Shown here: positions 47,795-57,064 of the stretch, one piece after another
Numbering within the stretch: position 1 is the first letter of the stretch
How the letters are laid out: each line of letters starts with the position of its first letter
Assembly (NCBI GenBank): GCA_018223125.1
Contig: JAAEZA010000018.1
Location: forward strand, 2,505-66,504
Source: Paracoccaceae bacterium
GTDB taxonomy: Bacteria; Pseudomonadota; Alphaproteobacteria; Rhodobacterales; Rhodobacteraceae
DNA length: 64,000 nucleotides
Direction of reading: 5' to 3'
Position numbers and translations under genes: made by a program
The notes under the pieces: generated by a model
The model's input: the letters and a program-made list of their open reading frames with translations, nothing else
Told to the model about the DNA's origin: nothing
Databases searched by the model: none

Positions 47795-48090
47795 CGACGG
47801 ACACTTATCCTTGGGGCTTGCGACGAACTGGAACCCGGTTTCAAGCAATGAGTCGTTAAAGAGTAATCAGGCGCAGGTGTGAAGTTGGACCAGTGTATAA
47901 ACAGCGCAAAGGCGGTTACTGCCAAGTGCGCGCAGGATTTTGAAATTTTCCGTAAAATAAACTTTTATTCCCCATGGGATTGCAGTTAACATCCCGACCA
48001 AAGGTTCGTCGCGAAAATGATGAAAAGATTCGTTCGCGTTGTCGCTAGGAGCCGACTGTTGACTTCACATCGGTCTCGAAAGGGGATCAC

Positions 48091-49341
48091 ATGCGATATT
48101 CAGGCTTTCGGGTCATTAAAGAGGCCCTGACCGGGCACAAGGGGTGGAAACCGGCTTGGCGTGAACCCGAACCGGCCTCTTACTATGATATTGTGATCGT
48201 GGGGGGCGGTGGCCACGGGCTGGCTACCGCGCATTACCTGGCCAAAGAATTTGGACAGGCCCGCGTTGCCGTGATTGAAAAGGGCTGGATCGGTGGCGGA
48301 AACGTGGGGCGGAACACAACGATTATCCGCTCGAACTATCTGCTGGACGGGAACGAGCCGTTTTACGAGTTTTCGCTAAAGCTTTGGGAAGGTCTGGAAC
48401 AGGATCTTAACTATAACGCGATGGTCAGCCAGAGGGGGATTTTGAACCTGATCCACTCTGACGGGCAGCGGGATGCATTCATCCGTCGTGGCAACGGGAT
48501 GATCCTGAACGGCGCGGATGCCGAGTTGATGACGACCGAAGCCATTAAAAAGAAGTATCCCTTCCTGAATACCGATGATGCCCGCTTTCCGATCAAGGGC
48601 GGGTTGGCGCAGCATCGGGGGGGTACCGTGCGCCATGATGCTGTTGCTTGGGGCTATGCCCGCAGTGCGGACAGTCGTGGCGTCGATATTATCCAGAATT
48701 GCGAAGTCACCGGTTTCCGGATTGAAAACGGTGTTTGCAAAGGGGTTGAAACCTCGCGCGGGTTTATCGGGGCCGGTAAGGTCGGCTGTGCAGTGGCTGG
48801 CAGTTCCGGCCGCTTGCTTGGCCTTGCAAATATGCGTTTGCCGATCGAAAGCCATGTGTTGCAGGCGTTTGTGTCCGAAGGTCTGAAGCCTGTGTTGCCG
48901 GGGGTGATTACCTTTGGTGCGGGGCATTTTTATTGCAGCCAGTCGGATAAGGGCGGGCTTGTCTTTGGCGGCGATATTGACGGTTATAATTCCTACGCGC
49001 AACGGGGCAATCTGCCGGTGGTAGAGGACGTCTGCGAAGGCGCGATGGCGATCTTCCCCATGCTGGGGCGCGCGCGTTTGTTGCGGATGTGGGGCGGTGT
49101 TATGGATATGTCGATGGACGGATCCCCGATCATCGACCGGACCCATATTGACGGGCTCTATTTTAACGGGGGCTGGTGTTACGGAGGCTTCAAGGCCACA
49201 CCTGCCAGCGGCTTTGCCTTTGCCCATCTTCTGGCCCGCGACGAACCGCATCCGACGGCGACAGCCTACCGGCTGGACCGCTTCGAAAAAGGCTACATGA
49301 TTGACGAAAAGGGGGTGGGCAACCAGCCCAATCTGCACTGA
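48091..49341 (+). CDS. soxB: sarcosine oxidase beta-subunit family protein (context: N-methylglutamate dehydrogenase MgdA)
   Basis: FAD-binding motif VIVGGGGHGLATA and a SoxB-like sequence. The gene heads a soxBDAG-order operon. Confidence 0.9.
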   Translation: MRYSGFRVIKEALTGHKGWKPAWREPEPASYYDIVIVGGGGHGLATAHYLAKEFGQARVAVIEKGWIGGGNVGRNTTIIRSNYLLDGNEPFYEFSLKLWEGLEQDLNYNAMVSQRGILNLIHSDGQRDAFIRRGNGMILNGADAELMTTEAIKKKYPFLNTDDARFPIKGGLAQHRGGTVRHDAVAWGYARSADSRGVDIIQNCEVTGFRIENGVCKGVETSRGFIGAGKVGCAVAGSSGRLLGLANMRLPIESHVLQAFVSEGLKPVLPGVITFGAGHFYCSQSDKGGLVFGGDIDGYNSYAQRGNLPVVEDVCEGAMAIFPMLGRARLLRMWGGVMDMSMDGSPIIDRTHIDGLYFNGGWCYGGFKATPASGFAFAHLLARDEPHPTATAYRLDRFEKGYMIDEKGVGNQPNLH

Positions 49342-49628
49342 TGATTATTGATCACCCGCTCCTGGGCCCGCGTGACAGCTCCGAATTTACCTATCTGGGC
49401 GATGCCCGCCTGATCGACCGCCCCGACCCTGACGGGCAGGATGCCGCGGCGGCCTTTTATGATTATGCCTACCTGCGGGACAATCCTGCGGGCTGGCACA
49501 GGGAACTGTGGTTCCACGAAGCCGGAGACCGCTCCTGGCTGGTTGTGACCCGCAACACGCTGACCCATGAAATTTCCAAAGTTGAACTGGCCAGCGATGT
49601 GGCCCGTGTGCAGGGGCGGTCGAAATGA
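49341..49628 (+). CDS. soxD: sarcosine oxidase delta-subunit family protein (MgdB)
   Basis: 95 aa (MIIDHPLLGPRDSSEFTYLGDA...), start/stop-coupled to soxB (TGATG). Confidence 0.85.
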   Translation: MIIDHPLLGPRDSSEFTYLGDARLIDRPDPDGQDAAAAFYDYAYLRDNPAGWHRELWFHEAGDRSWLVVTRNTLTHEISKVELASDVARVQGRSK

Positions 49629-52558
49629 GCCAGAAAAACCGGATCGAAGGCGGGCAAATCAATCGCGATGTGTCGCTGAATTTCACCTTTGACGGCAGGC
49701 GGTATTCCGGCCATGCGGGGGATACGCTGGCTTCGGCGCTGCTGGCCAACGGCGTGCGCCTGATGGGGCGTAGTTTCAAATACCACCGCCCGCGCGGCCC
49801 CATGACTGCAGGCTCGGAAGAGCCTAACGCACTGGTGCAACTGCGCAGTGGCGCTTTGCAAGAGCCCAACACCCGCGCCACCACGGCAGAGCTGTTTGAC
49901 GGGCTGTCAGCCACCAGCCAGAACCGGCTTGGCACCTTGTCCTTTGACCTGCTGGCGGTGAACGACCGTCTGTCCAACTTCCTGACCGCAGGGTTCTATT
50001 ACAAGACTTTCATGTGGCCCAAAGCTTTTTGGGAAAAGCTGTACGAACCGGTGATCCGCCGTGCGGCAGGGCTCGGCTCTTTGTCGCTGGAGGATGATCC
50101 GGATGTCTACGACAAGGGTTTTTTGCACTGCGATCTGCTGGTGATCGGCGCGGGGCCTGCGGGGCTGATGGCAGCTTTGACAGCAGCGCGCAGCGGGGCG
50201 GATGTGATCCTTGCAGATGAAGATTTCGCGATGGGCGGACGCCTGAACAGCGAAACGCTTTCTGTCGGGGATGTGTCCGGTGTGGATTGGGCGGCGGGTA
50301 CTGTCGCTGAACTTGCTGCCATGCCGAACGTTCGCCTGATGCCGCGTACAACTGTGATCGGTGCGTTTGATCACGGCATTTACGGTGCTGTGGAGCGGGT
50401 GGGCGATCACCTTGCGGTGCCACAAGCGGGCAAACCCCGTCAGATATTGTGGCGGATTTACACGAAGAAAACGGTTCTGGCGGCCGGAGCGATCGAACGC
50501 CCGATCGCCTTTGCCAACAATGACAGGCCGGGCGTGATGACGGCGAGTGCCCTGCGCAGCTATGCCAACCGCTTCGGCGTTGCGGTGGACCGGCGTGCGG
50601 TGATCTTCACCAATAACGACGACGGCTACCGGAGCGCAGAGGATCTGCACGCAAAGGGGATCAGGGTCACGGTGGTCGATCCGCGGCCGGACGTATCGGT
50701 TCTCAGGGATTACGAGGTTCTGGCGGGTGCGCAGGTGGTCGATACCATGGGGCGCTTGGGGCTGACCTTTGTGAAAGTCCGGCTAGCTGATGGCAGCGAA
50801 CGCACGATTGAATGCGGCGCGCTCGGGGTGAGCGGCGGCTGGAACCCGAACGTGCATCTGACCTGTCACCAGCGCGGGCGGCCCCGTTGGGATGACGGTC
50901 TTGCGGCCTTTGTCCCGTCGGATCTGCCTACTGGTATGCATGTTGCCGGTGCAGCTGCGGGGGATCTGTCTACCGCCGGTGCTCTGGCGGGCGGCCAGCG
51001 CGCGGCACAGGATGCGCTTGCACTGGACGGGGCGATGCCCCCGTTGCCGGAGGCGGAAGATGCGCCGGTCAACATCACGCCTTTCTGGTATGTCAAAGGG
51101 GACGGGCGGGCCTGGCTTGACCAGCAGAACGATGTAACGGTCAAGGATGTCCGGCTCAGCCATCAGGAGGGTTTCCGCGCGGTCGAGCATCTTAAACGCT
51201 ATACCACGCTCGGCATGGCAACCGATCAGGGCAAGACAGCCAATATGGGCGGGTTGGCGATCATGGCGGAACTGGCCGGTAAGGCCATTCCCGAGGTCGG
51301 CACCACGATTTTCCGCCCGCCTTACACGCCGGTTGCCATCGGTGCCTTTGCAGGGCGGCATCGCGGGGCAGAGTTTCACCCCAAACGCCTGACGCCCTCC
51401 CATGCCTGGGCCGAAGAACAGGGTGCGGTGTTTGTGGAAGCGGGCAACTGGATGCGGGCGCAGTATTTTCCGCGTGCGGGAGAGGAAAACTGGCTTGAAA
51501 CCGTCAACCGAGAGGTTCTGGCGACCCGTAATTCGGTCGGTGTCTGCGATGTGACCACATTGGGCAAAGTCGATGTGCAGGGCGCGGATGCGGCGGATTT
51601 TCTGAACATGATCTACTGCAACGGCTTTGCGAAACTGGCGGTGGGCAAGGTGCGTTACGGATTGATGCTGCGCGAAGACGGGATCGCGCTTGATGACGGA
51701 ACAGCGGCACGACTGGCCGAAGACCACTTTGTTGTCACCACCACCACAGCCAATGCCCTGCCGGTGTACCGCCATATGGAATTTGTGCGCCAGTGTCTGG
51801 TGCCGGATATGGACGTGCAACTTATCTCTACCACAGAGGCATGGGCGCAATATGCAGTGGCAGGGCCGAATGCACGCCGTGTGCTGGAGAAAATCGTCGA
51901 TCAGGACATCAGCAACGAAGCCTTTCCCTTCATGGCCTGTGGCAATGTCACGATCTGCGGCGGGTTGCGGGCGCGGTTGTTCCGTATCTCTTTCAGCGGT
52001 GAACTGGCCTATGAGATCGCGGTGCCCACGGCCTATGGCGATGCGCTCATGCGCCGGATCATGGAGGCTGGAGCAGAATTCGAAATCACGCCTTACGGGA
52101 CCGAAGCCTTGGGTGTGATGCGGATCGAAAAGGGTCATGCGACCGGCAACGAACTGAACGGGACCACTACCGCGGCGAACCTTGGTATGGGGCGGATGGT
52201 CAGCACCAAAAAGGATAGTATCGGTGCGGTGCTGTCACGTCGTGAGGGGCTGAACACCGAAGACGATTTGCGCGCGGTCGGGGTGAAACCGCTCGATCCG
52301 GCCCAAAGGGTGCCTGCGGGGGCGCATCTTATGGCAGCAGAAGGGCCGGTGGATGCCGCGCGGGATCAGGGGTATCTGACCTCGGCCTGCTATTCACCGA
52401 ACCTCGGGCATCACATCGCGCTGGCGTTCCTGAAGGACGGGGCCAACCGTATGGGGGAAACCATGCGCGTTGTCAGCCCGCTGACCGATGAGGTTGTGGA
52501 CGTAGAGATTTGCAGCCCGCATTTTATTGACCCAGAGGGGGAGCGGCTTCGTGCTTGA
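49625..52558 (+). CDS. soxA: sarcosine oxidase alpha-subunit family protein (MgdC)
   Basis: 977 aa with a 2Fe-2S-like N-terminus, the NAD/FAD motif VIGAGPAGLMAAL, and a C-terminal aminomethyltransferase/folate-binding domain. Confidence 0.9.
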   Translation: MSQKNRIEGGQINRDVSLNFTFDGRRYSGHAGDTLASALLANGVRLMGRSFKYHRPRGPMTAGSEEPNALVQLRSGALQEPNTRATTAELFDGLSATSQNRLGTLSFDLLAVNDRLSNFLTAGFYYKTFMWPKAFWEKLYEPVIRRAAGLGSLSLEDDPDVYDKGFLHCDLLVIGAGPAGLMAALTAARSGADVILADEDFAMGGRLNSETLSVGDVSGVDWAAGTVAELAAMPNVRLMPRTTVIGAFDHGIYGAVERVGDHLAVPQAGKPRQILWRIYTKKTVLAAGAIERPIAFANNDRPGVMTASALRSYANRFGVAVDRRAVIFTNNDDGYRSAEDLHAKGIRVTVVDPRPDVSVLRDYEVLAGAQVVDTMGRLGLTFVKVRLADGSERTIECGALGVSGGWNPNVHLTCHQRGRPRWDDGLAAFVPSDLPTGMHVAGAAAGDLSTAGALAGGQRAAQDALALDGAMPPLPEAEDAPVNITPFWYVKGDGRAWLDQQNDVTVKDVRLSHQEGFRAVEHLKRYTTLGMATDQGKTANMGGLAIMAELAGKAIPEVGTTIFRPPYTPVAIGAFAGRHRGAEFHPKRLTPSHAWAEEQGAVFVEAGNWMRAQYFPRAGEENWLETVNREVLATRNSVGVCDVTTLGKVDVQGADAADFLNMIYCNGFAKLAVGKVRYGLMLREDGIALDDGTAARLAEDHFVVTTTTANALPVYRHMEFVRQCLVPDMDVQLISTTEAWAQYAVAGPNARRVLEKIVDQDISNEAFPFMACGNVTICGGLRARLFRISFSGELAYEIAVPTAYGDALMRRIMEAGAEFEITPYGTEALGVMRIEKGHATGNELNGTTTAANLGMGRMVSTKKDSIGAVLSRREGLNTEDDLRAVGVKPLDPAQRVPAGAHLMAAEGPVDAARDQGYLTSACYSPNLGHHIALAFLKDGANRMGETMRVVSPLTDEVVDVEICSPHFIDPEGERLRA

Positions 52559-53105
52559 ACTGACACCAAAACCCGCAATTGATACGCCGGATCAAACGAT
52601 CGGCACGGTAACGATTGCCCTGACTGACGGCGTCGCGCTGGCTTCGGTCGCGGCGCGCAAGGGGCAGCTTGCCGCTTGTGAAAAAGTATTGAGTGCGCGT
52701 CTCGGGGCCGTTCCACCGGTTGGCAGGGCCGTAGACGGGACGGGTGAAACCTGCTTCTGGACAGGGCCGGAGCAATGGATGGTCAGCGCGCCCGAAGACG
52801 GTCAGCACGTTCTGGCGGATCAGTGGAAAGACGCATTGGGCGATGCCGCATCCGTCACCGAACAATCCGGTGGCTGGGTCGTGTTTGATGTCCGTGGTGC
52901 GGGTATGCCTGCGATGTGCGAATTGCTGTGCAGTGTGCCGGTTCGCAGGATGGAAACCGGTGATGTGCAGCGCACGATGATCCATCAAACGGGCTGTTTT
53001 GTGATCTGCCGCGAGGCGGGCCGGCACATCCGTATTCTCGGCCCCCGTGCGTCGGCGCAAAGCCTGCATCACGCCCTGATCACTGCGGCCACTGCTGTTG
53101 CTTGA
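52527..53105 (+). CDS. soxG: sarcosine oxidase gamma-subunit family protein (MgdD)
   Basis: The position and size fit SoxG. The start is uncertain: TTG 52527, or GTG 52551 overlapping the soxA stop. Confidence 0.7.
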   Translation: MTQRGSGFVLELTPKPAIDTPDQTIGTVTIALTDGVALASVAARKGQLAACEKVLSARLGAVPPVGRAVDGTGETCFWTGPEQWMVSAPEDGQHVLADQWKDALGDAASVTEQSGGWVVFDVRGAGMPAMCELLCSVPVRRMETGDVQRTMIHQTGCFVICREAGRHIRILGPRASAQSLHHALITAATAVA

Positions 53106-53141
53106 CCGCTTTGGCGAAAGCCTTAGAACAGGGGGAAAATC

Positions 53142-53792
53142 ATGCCGACGAAAAAGAGTGCCATGGCCGTAGCCCCGTTTTCCCAAGATCCACACAGCCT
53201 GCGCGAAACCCGCGAGAAAGTGCTTGAAGTGGCCATCGGCCGCGAGGTGCGGGCGCACCGGCGCAAGCAGAATATCACCGTGGCGGCCTTGTCGGAAACC
53301 ACCGGATTGTCCGTGGGAATGCTGTCAAAGATCGAGAATGGCAATACATCGCCGTCCCTGACCACGCTTCAATCCCTTGCGAATGCACTGTCGGTTCCCA
53401 TCACCATGTTCTTTCGCGGCTTTGAAGAAGAGCGCACGGCGGTTCATACCAAAGCGGGCGAAGGCGTGGAGCTGGAGCGCGAAGGCACCCGTGCCAATCA
53501 CCAGTATAACCTTCTGGGGCATTTGGGGGCCAATAAAAGCGGGGTTATTGTTGAACCCTATATGATCACGCTCAACGAAAACTCTGATGTGTTCCCCACC
53601 TTCCAGCATGACGGGATCGAAACGATCTATATGCTGGAAGGGGAGATCGACTATCGCCACGGTGATCAGGTTTACCCCCTGAAGCCGGGGGACACGCTGT
53701 TCTTTGACGCGGATGCCCCCCACGGGCCAGAGGTGCTGGTAAAGCTGCCCGCCCGTTACCTGTCCATCATCAGCTACCCGCAAAATACCTGA
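53142..53792 (+). CDS. XRE-family HTH regulator with C-terminal cupin domain
   Basis: HTH segment ITVAALSETTGLSVGMLSKIENG. The cupin segment reads ...HDGIETIYMLEGEIDYRHGD...GDTLFFDADAPHGP. Confidence 0.85.
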   Translation: MPTKKSAMAVAPFSQDPHSLRETREKVLEVAIGREVRAHRRKQNITVAALSETTGLSVGMLSKIENGNTSPSLTTLQSLANALSVPITMFFRGFEEERTAVHTKAGEGVELEREGTRANHQYNLLGHLGANKSGVIVEPYMITLNENSDVFPTFQHDGIETIYMLEGEIDYRHGDQVYPLKPGDTLFFDADAPHGPEVLVKLPARYLSIISYPQNT

Positions 53793-53865
53793 ACCCTTGA
53801 TCCACTGGCAGGCATCGGCCAGTTCGGACGCCCGCCCCGGTCTGTGGCGCGGCGGTAATGCGCCG

Positions 53866-53880
53866 TGGCGGATAATTTGC
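53866..53880 (+). promoter_or_regulatory. sigma-54 (-24/-12)-like element upstream of mgsA (candidate)
   Basis: TGGCGGATAATTTGC has GG and GC at the canonical TGGCAC-N5-TTGC spacing. It lies ~140 nt upstream of ATG 54020. Confidence 0.3.
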
Positions 53881-54019
53881 GGGATTTTTGTGCAGAACTG
53901 TCCTTTGGGATGCTCCCATAGGTGAAAAAATATTCCTGACAGTTGCGCTTGTTTCTTCGGACTGTTAGCTAGGGATTCGAAAACCTGCGCTGTGCAGGGC
54001 AACAAACGAGGATAGCTGA

Positions 54020-54946
54020 ATGTGTGGGATTGTCGGGTTGTTCCTGAAAGACAAATCACTGGAGCCGCAGCTTGGCGCTTTGCTGGCGGGGATGCTTGTC
54101 ACGATGACAGATCGCGGGCCGGACAGTGCGGGTATCGCAATTTATTCCAACGAAACAAAAGACCAGTCCAAGATCGTCGTGCAATCCGACACGCCAGAGG
54201 CGGATTTTGACGGACTGGAGGCCGCGCTGGGCAATGCTTCCGGCGTGACTGTGAAGATGGCGGTGTCCAGCACCCACGCCGTTTTGTCTGTGCCAAACGG
54301 TTCCATTGATGCCGTGCGCACAGCGATTGCAGCGGTTAACCCTGCGCTGCGGATCATGAGCCGTGGCGACACGCTAGAGATTTACAAAGAGGTCGGTCTG
54401 CCAAAGGACGTGGCCTCCCGTTTCGCGATTGGGACAATGTCCGGAAGCCACGGCATTGGACACACCCGCATGGCCACGGAATCTGCTGTGACGACTATGG
54501 GTGCGCATCCCTTTAATACCGGCAATGACCAGTGCCTTGTGCACAACGGTTCACTTTCCAACCACAACAGCCTGCGCCGCAAGCTGCGTCGTGAGGGCAT
54601 CCACATCGAAACCGAAAATGACACAGAGGTGGGCGCGGCCTATCTGACGTGGCAGATGCAGAACGGGGCGACATTGGGGGAGGCTCTGGAAAGCAGTCTG
54701 ACGGATCTGGACGGGTTCTTTACCTTTGTCGTCGGTACCAAAGACGGCTTTGGCGTGGTGCGCGATCCGATTGCCTGCAAGCCTGCGGTCATGGCGGAAA
54801 CCGATCAATACGTGGCCTTCGGGTCCGAATACCGCGCCCTTGTAGACCTGCCCGGAATCGAAAATGCCCGCGTCTGGGAGCCGGAGCCCGCGACCGTTTA
54901 TTTCTGGAGCCACGCCGGCCAGCCCATCAAAGAGAAAGCCGCATAG
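54020..54946 (+). CDS. mgsA: class-II glutamine amidotransferase (N-methylglutamate synthase subunit A-like)
   Basis: The N-terminal MCGIVGL supplies the Ntn-type catalytic Cys. The sequence resembles the GltB amidotransferase domain. Confidence 0.85.
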   Translation: MCGIVGLFLKDKSLEPQLGALLAGMLVTMTDRGPDSAGIAIYSNETKDQSKIVVQSDTPEADFDGLEAALGNASGVTVKMAVSSTHAVLSVPNGSIDAVRTAIAAVNPALRIMSRGDTLEIYKEVGLPKDVASRFAIGTMSGSHGIGHTRMATESAVTTMGAHPFNTGNDQCLVHNGSLSNHNSLRRKLRREGIHIETENDTEVGAAYLTWQMQNGATLGEALESSLTDLDGFFTFVVGTKDGFGVVRDPIACKPAVMAETDQYVAFGSEYRALVDLPGIENARVWEPEPATVYFWSHAGQPIKEKAA

Positions 54947-55624
54947 ATGCAAACATTAGACATGGCGGAAATCGACCTGCGCGAAATGAATGCAACGCTG
55001 CATGCACAGGCCGAAAACACCAACCAGACAGCTTGGGAAATCGAAAACCCCAGAGGTGCGCATGCCATCGCCTGTGGTCTGGATGCCCCGATTGAAGTGA
55101 CCGTGAAAGGATCCACCGGATACTATTGCGCGGGCATGAACAAACAGGCGACGATCAATATCAAGGGCTCTGCCGGTCCGGGCGTTGCTGAAAACATGAT
55201 GAGCGGCACGGTCGTGATTGATGGCGATGCCAGCCAGTACGCAGGGGCTACCGGCCATGGCGGGCTTCTGGTGATCAAGGGCAATGCGTCCTCGCGTTGC
55301 GGGATTTCCATGAAGGGGATCGACATCGTGGTGCATGGCAACATCGGCCATATGTCTGCCTTTATGGCGCAATCGGGCAATCTGGTTGTTTGCGGCGATG
55401 CGGGTGAGGCGCTGGGCGACAGCTTGTATGAGGCACGCCTGTTTGTGCGCGGATCGGTTAAATCGCTCGGGGCGGATTGCGTTGAAAAAGAAATGCGTCC
55501 CGAACATCTGGAAATCCTGTCGGACCTGCTGGAACGCTCCGGTGCGGATGCCAGACCCGAAGAGTTCAAACGCTATGGTTCAGCACGAGAGCTTTATACC
55601 TTCAAGATCGACAATGCGTACTGA
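54947..55624 (+). CDS. mgsB: GXGXG-motif glutamate synthase-family protein (N-methylglutamate synthase subunit B-like)
   Basis: Repetitive beta-helix-like G-x-G segments resemble the GltB C-terminal domain. The gene starts at the base immediately after the mgsA stop codon (no intergenic spacer). Confidence 0.8.
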   Translation: MQTLDMAEIDLREMNATLHAQAENTNQTAWEIENPRGAHAIACGLDAPIEVTVKGSTGYYCAGMNKQATINIKGSAGPGVAENMMSGTVVIDGDASQYAGATGHGGLLVIKGNASSRCGISMKGIDIVVHGNIGHMSAFMAQSGNLVVCGDAGEALGDSLYEARLFVRGSVKSLGADCVEKEMRPEHLEILSDLLERSGADARPEEFKRYGSARELYTFKIDNAY

Positions 55625-55633
55625 GGACAAGCC

Positions 55634-57004
55634 ATGACTGATACAACCGACAGCGCACCCCGCACGACTATTGATGATGGCGCACCCTGCACGACCCCGA
55701 TACAGTCCGCGACTTTCTCCAACCCGATCAACGCGGAAATCCGGCGGGCTGCGGCAACGGGGATTTACGACATCCGTGGTGGCGGGGCGAAACGCAAGCT
55801 GCCCCATTTCGATGATTTGCTGTTTCTGGGCGCGTCCATTTCCCGTTATCCGCTCGAAGGATACCGCGAGAAATGTGATACCTCTGTCACGCTGGGAACG
55901 CGGTTTGCCAAGAACCCGATCAAGCTGGACATTCCGATCACCATTGCGGGCATGTCTTTCGGGGCGCTCTCCGGTCCGGCGAAAGAGGCATTGGGCCGTG
56001 GCGCGACCCTTGCGGGAACGTCCACAACCACCGGCGATGGTGGTATGACAAGCGAGGAGCGCGGCCACTCCAACAAGCTGGTCTATCAATACCTGCCGTC
56101 GCGCTATGGGATGAACCCCGATGACCTGCGCCGCGCCGATGCGATTGAAATTGTGGTCGGGCAGGGCGCCAAACCCGGTGGGGGCGGTATGCTGCTTGGT
56201 CAGAAGATCAGTGACAGGGTAGCGGAAATGCGCAACCTGCCCAAGGGGATCGACCAGCGGTCTGCCTGTCGTCACCCCGACTGGACCGGACCGGATGATC
56301 TTGAGATCAAGATACTTGAACTGCGCGAGATTACCGGCTGGAAGGTTCCAATCTATATCAAGGTGGGTGGTGCGCGTCCTTATTTTGATACCACGCTTGC
56401 GGTGAAGGCGGGGGCGGATGTGGTCGTGCTCGACGGGATGCAGGGCGGCACTGCCGCAACGCAGGATGTGTTCATCGAACACGTGGGACAGCCCATTCTG
56501 GCCTGTATCCGAGAAGCGGTGCGCGCCTTACAGGATCTCGGGATGCACCGCGAAGTGCAGCTTGTGGTTTCGGGTGGCATCCGCACCGGCGCGGATGTGG
56601 CCAAGGCTATGGCGCTTGGGGCCGATGCGGTTGCAATCGGCACCGCAGCTTTGATCGCACTGGGCGACAATGACCCGAAGTGGGAAGCCGAGTATAATGC
56701 GCTCGGGACCACGGCAGGGGCCTATGACGACTGGCACGAGGGGCGCGATCCAGCAGGGATCACCACGCAAGACCCCGAACTGATGCAGCGCTTTGATCCG
56801 ATTGAAGGCGGGCGGCGGCTTAACAACTACCTTCGGGTGATGACGCTGGAGGCGCAAACCATCGCGCGGGCCTGCGGCAAGAGCCATCTGCACAACCTTG
56901 AACCCGAAGACCTGTGTGCCGTGACAATGGAGGCCGCCGCAATGGCCAAAATTCCGCTGGCAGGGACCGACTGGTATCCCGGCAAACCAAACACATCCTA
57001 CTAA
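55634..57004 (+). CDS. mgsC: FMN-binding glutamate synthase-family protein (N-methylglutamate synthase subunit C-like)
   Basis: 456-aa GltB FMN-domain-like sequence (ISRYPLEGYR..., GQGAKPGGGG, VLDGMQGGTAA, VSGGIRTGADVAKA). Confidence 0.85.
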   Translation: MTDTTDSAPRTTIDDGAPCTTPIQSATFSNPINAEIRRAAATGIYDIRGGGAKRKLPHFDDLLFLGASISRYPLEGYREKCDTSVTLGTRFAKNPIKLDIPITIAGMSFGALSGPAKEALGRGATLAGTSTTTGDGGMTSEERGHSNKLVYQYLPSRYGMNPDDLRRADAIEIVVGQGAKPGGGGMLLGQKISDRVAEMRNLPKGIDQRSACRHPDWTGPDDLEIKILELREITGWKVPIYIKVGGARPYFDTTLAVKAGADVVVLDGMQGGTAATQDVFIEHVGQPILACIREAVRALQDLGMHREVQLVVSGGIRTGADVAKAMALGADAVAIGTAALIALGDNDPKWEAEYNALGTTAGAYDDWHEGRDPAGITTQDPELMQRFDPIEGGRRLNNYLRVMTLEAQTIARACGKSHLHNLEPEDLCAVTMEAAAMAKIPLAGTDWYPGKPNTSY

Positions 57005-57064
57005 TCCAAAAAGAGGGCGCGACCGCAGGGTACGCGCCCCATTCATTGACAACAGGGAAAAGCA

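Noticed and set aside
50783-52138. 451-aa minus-strand ORF inside soxA/mgdC, and 56528..57904 (458 aa) spanning mgsC-gmaS
   Set aside because: Both are antisense to well-supported genes. The second would span an intergenic region and two genes, which is not credible.
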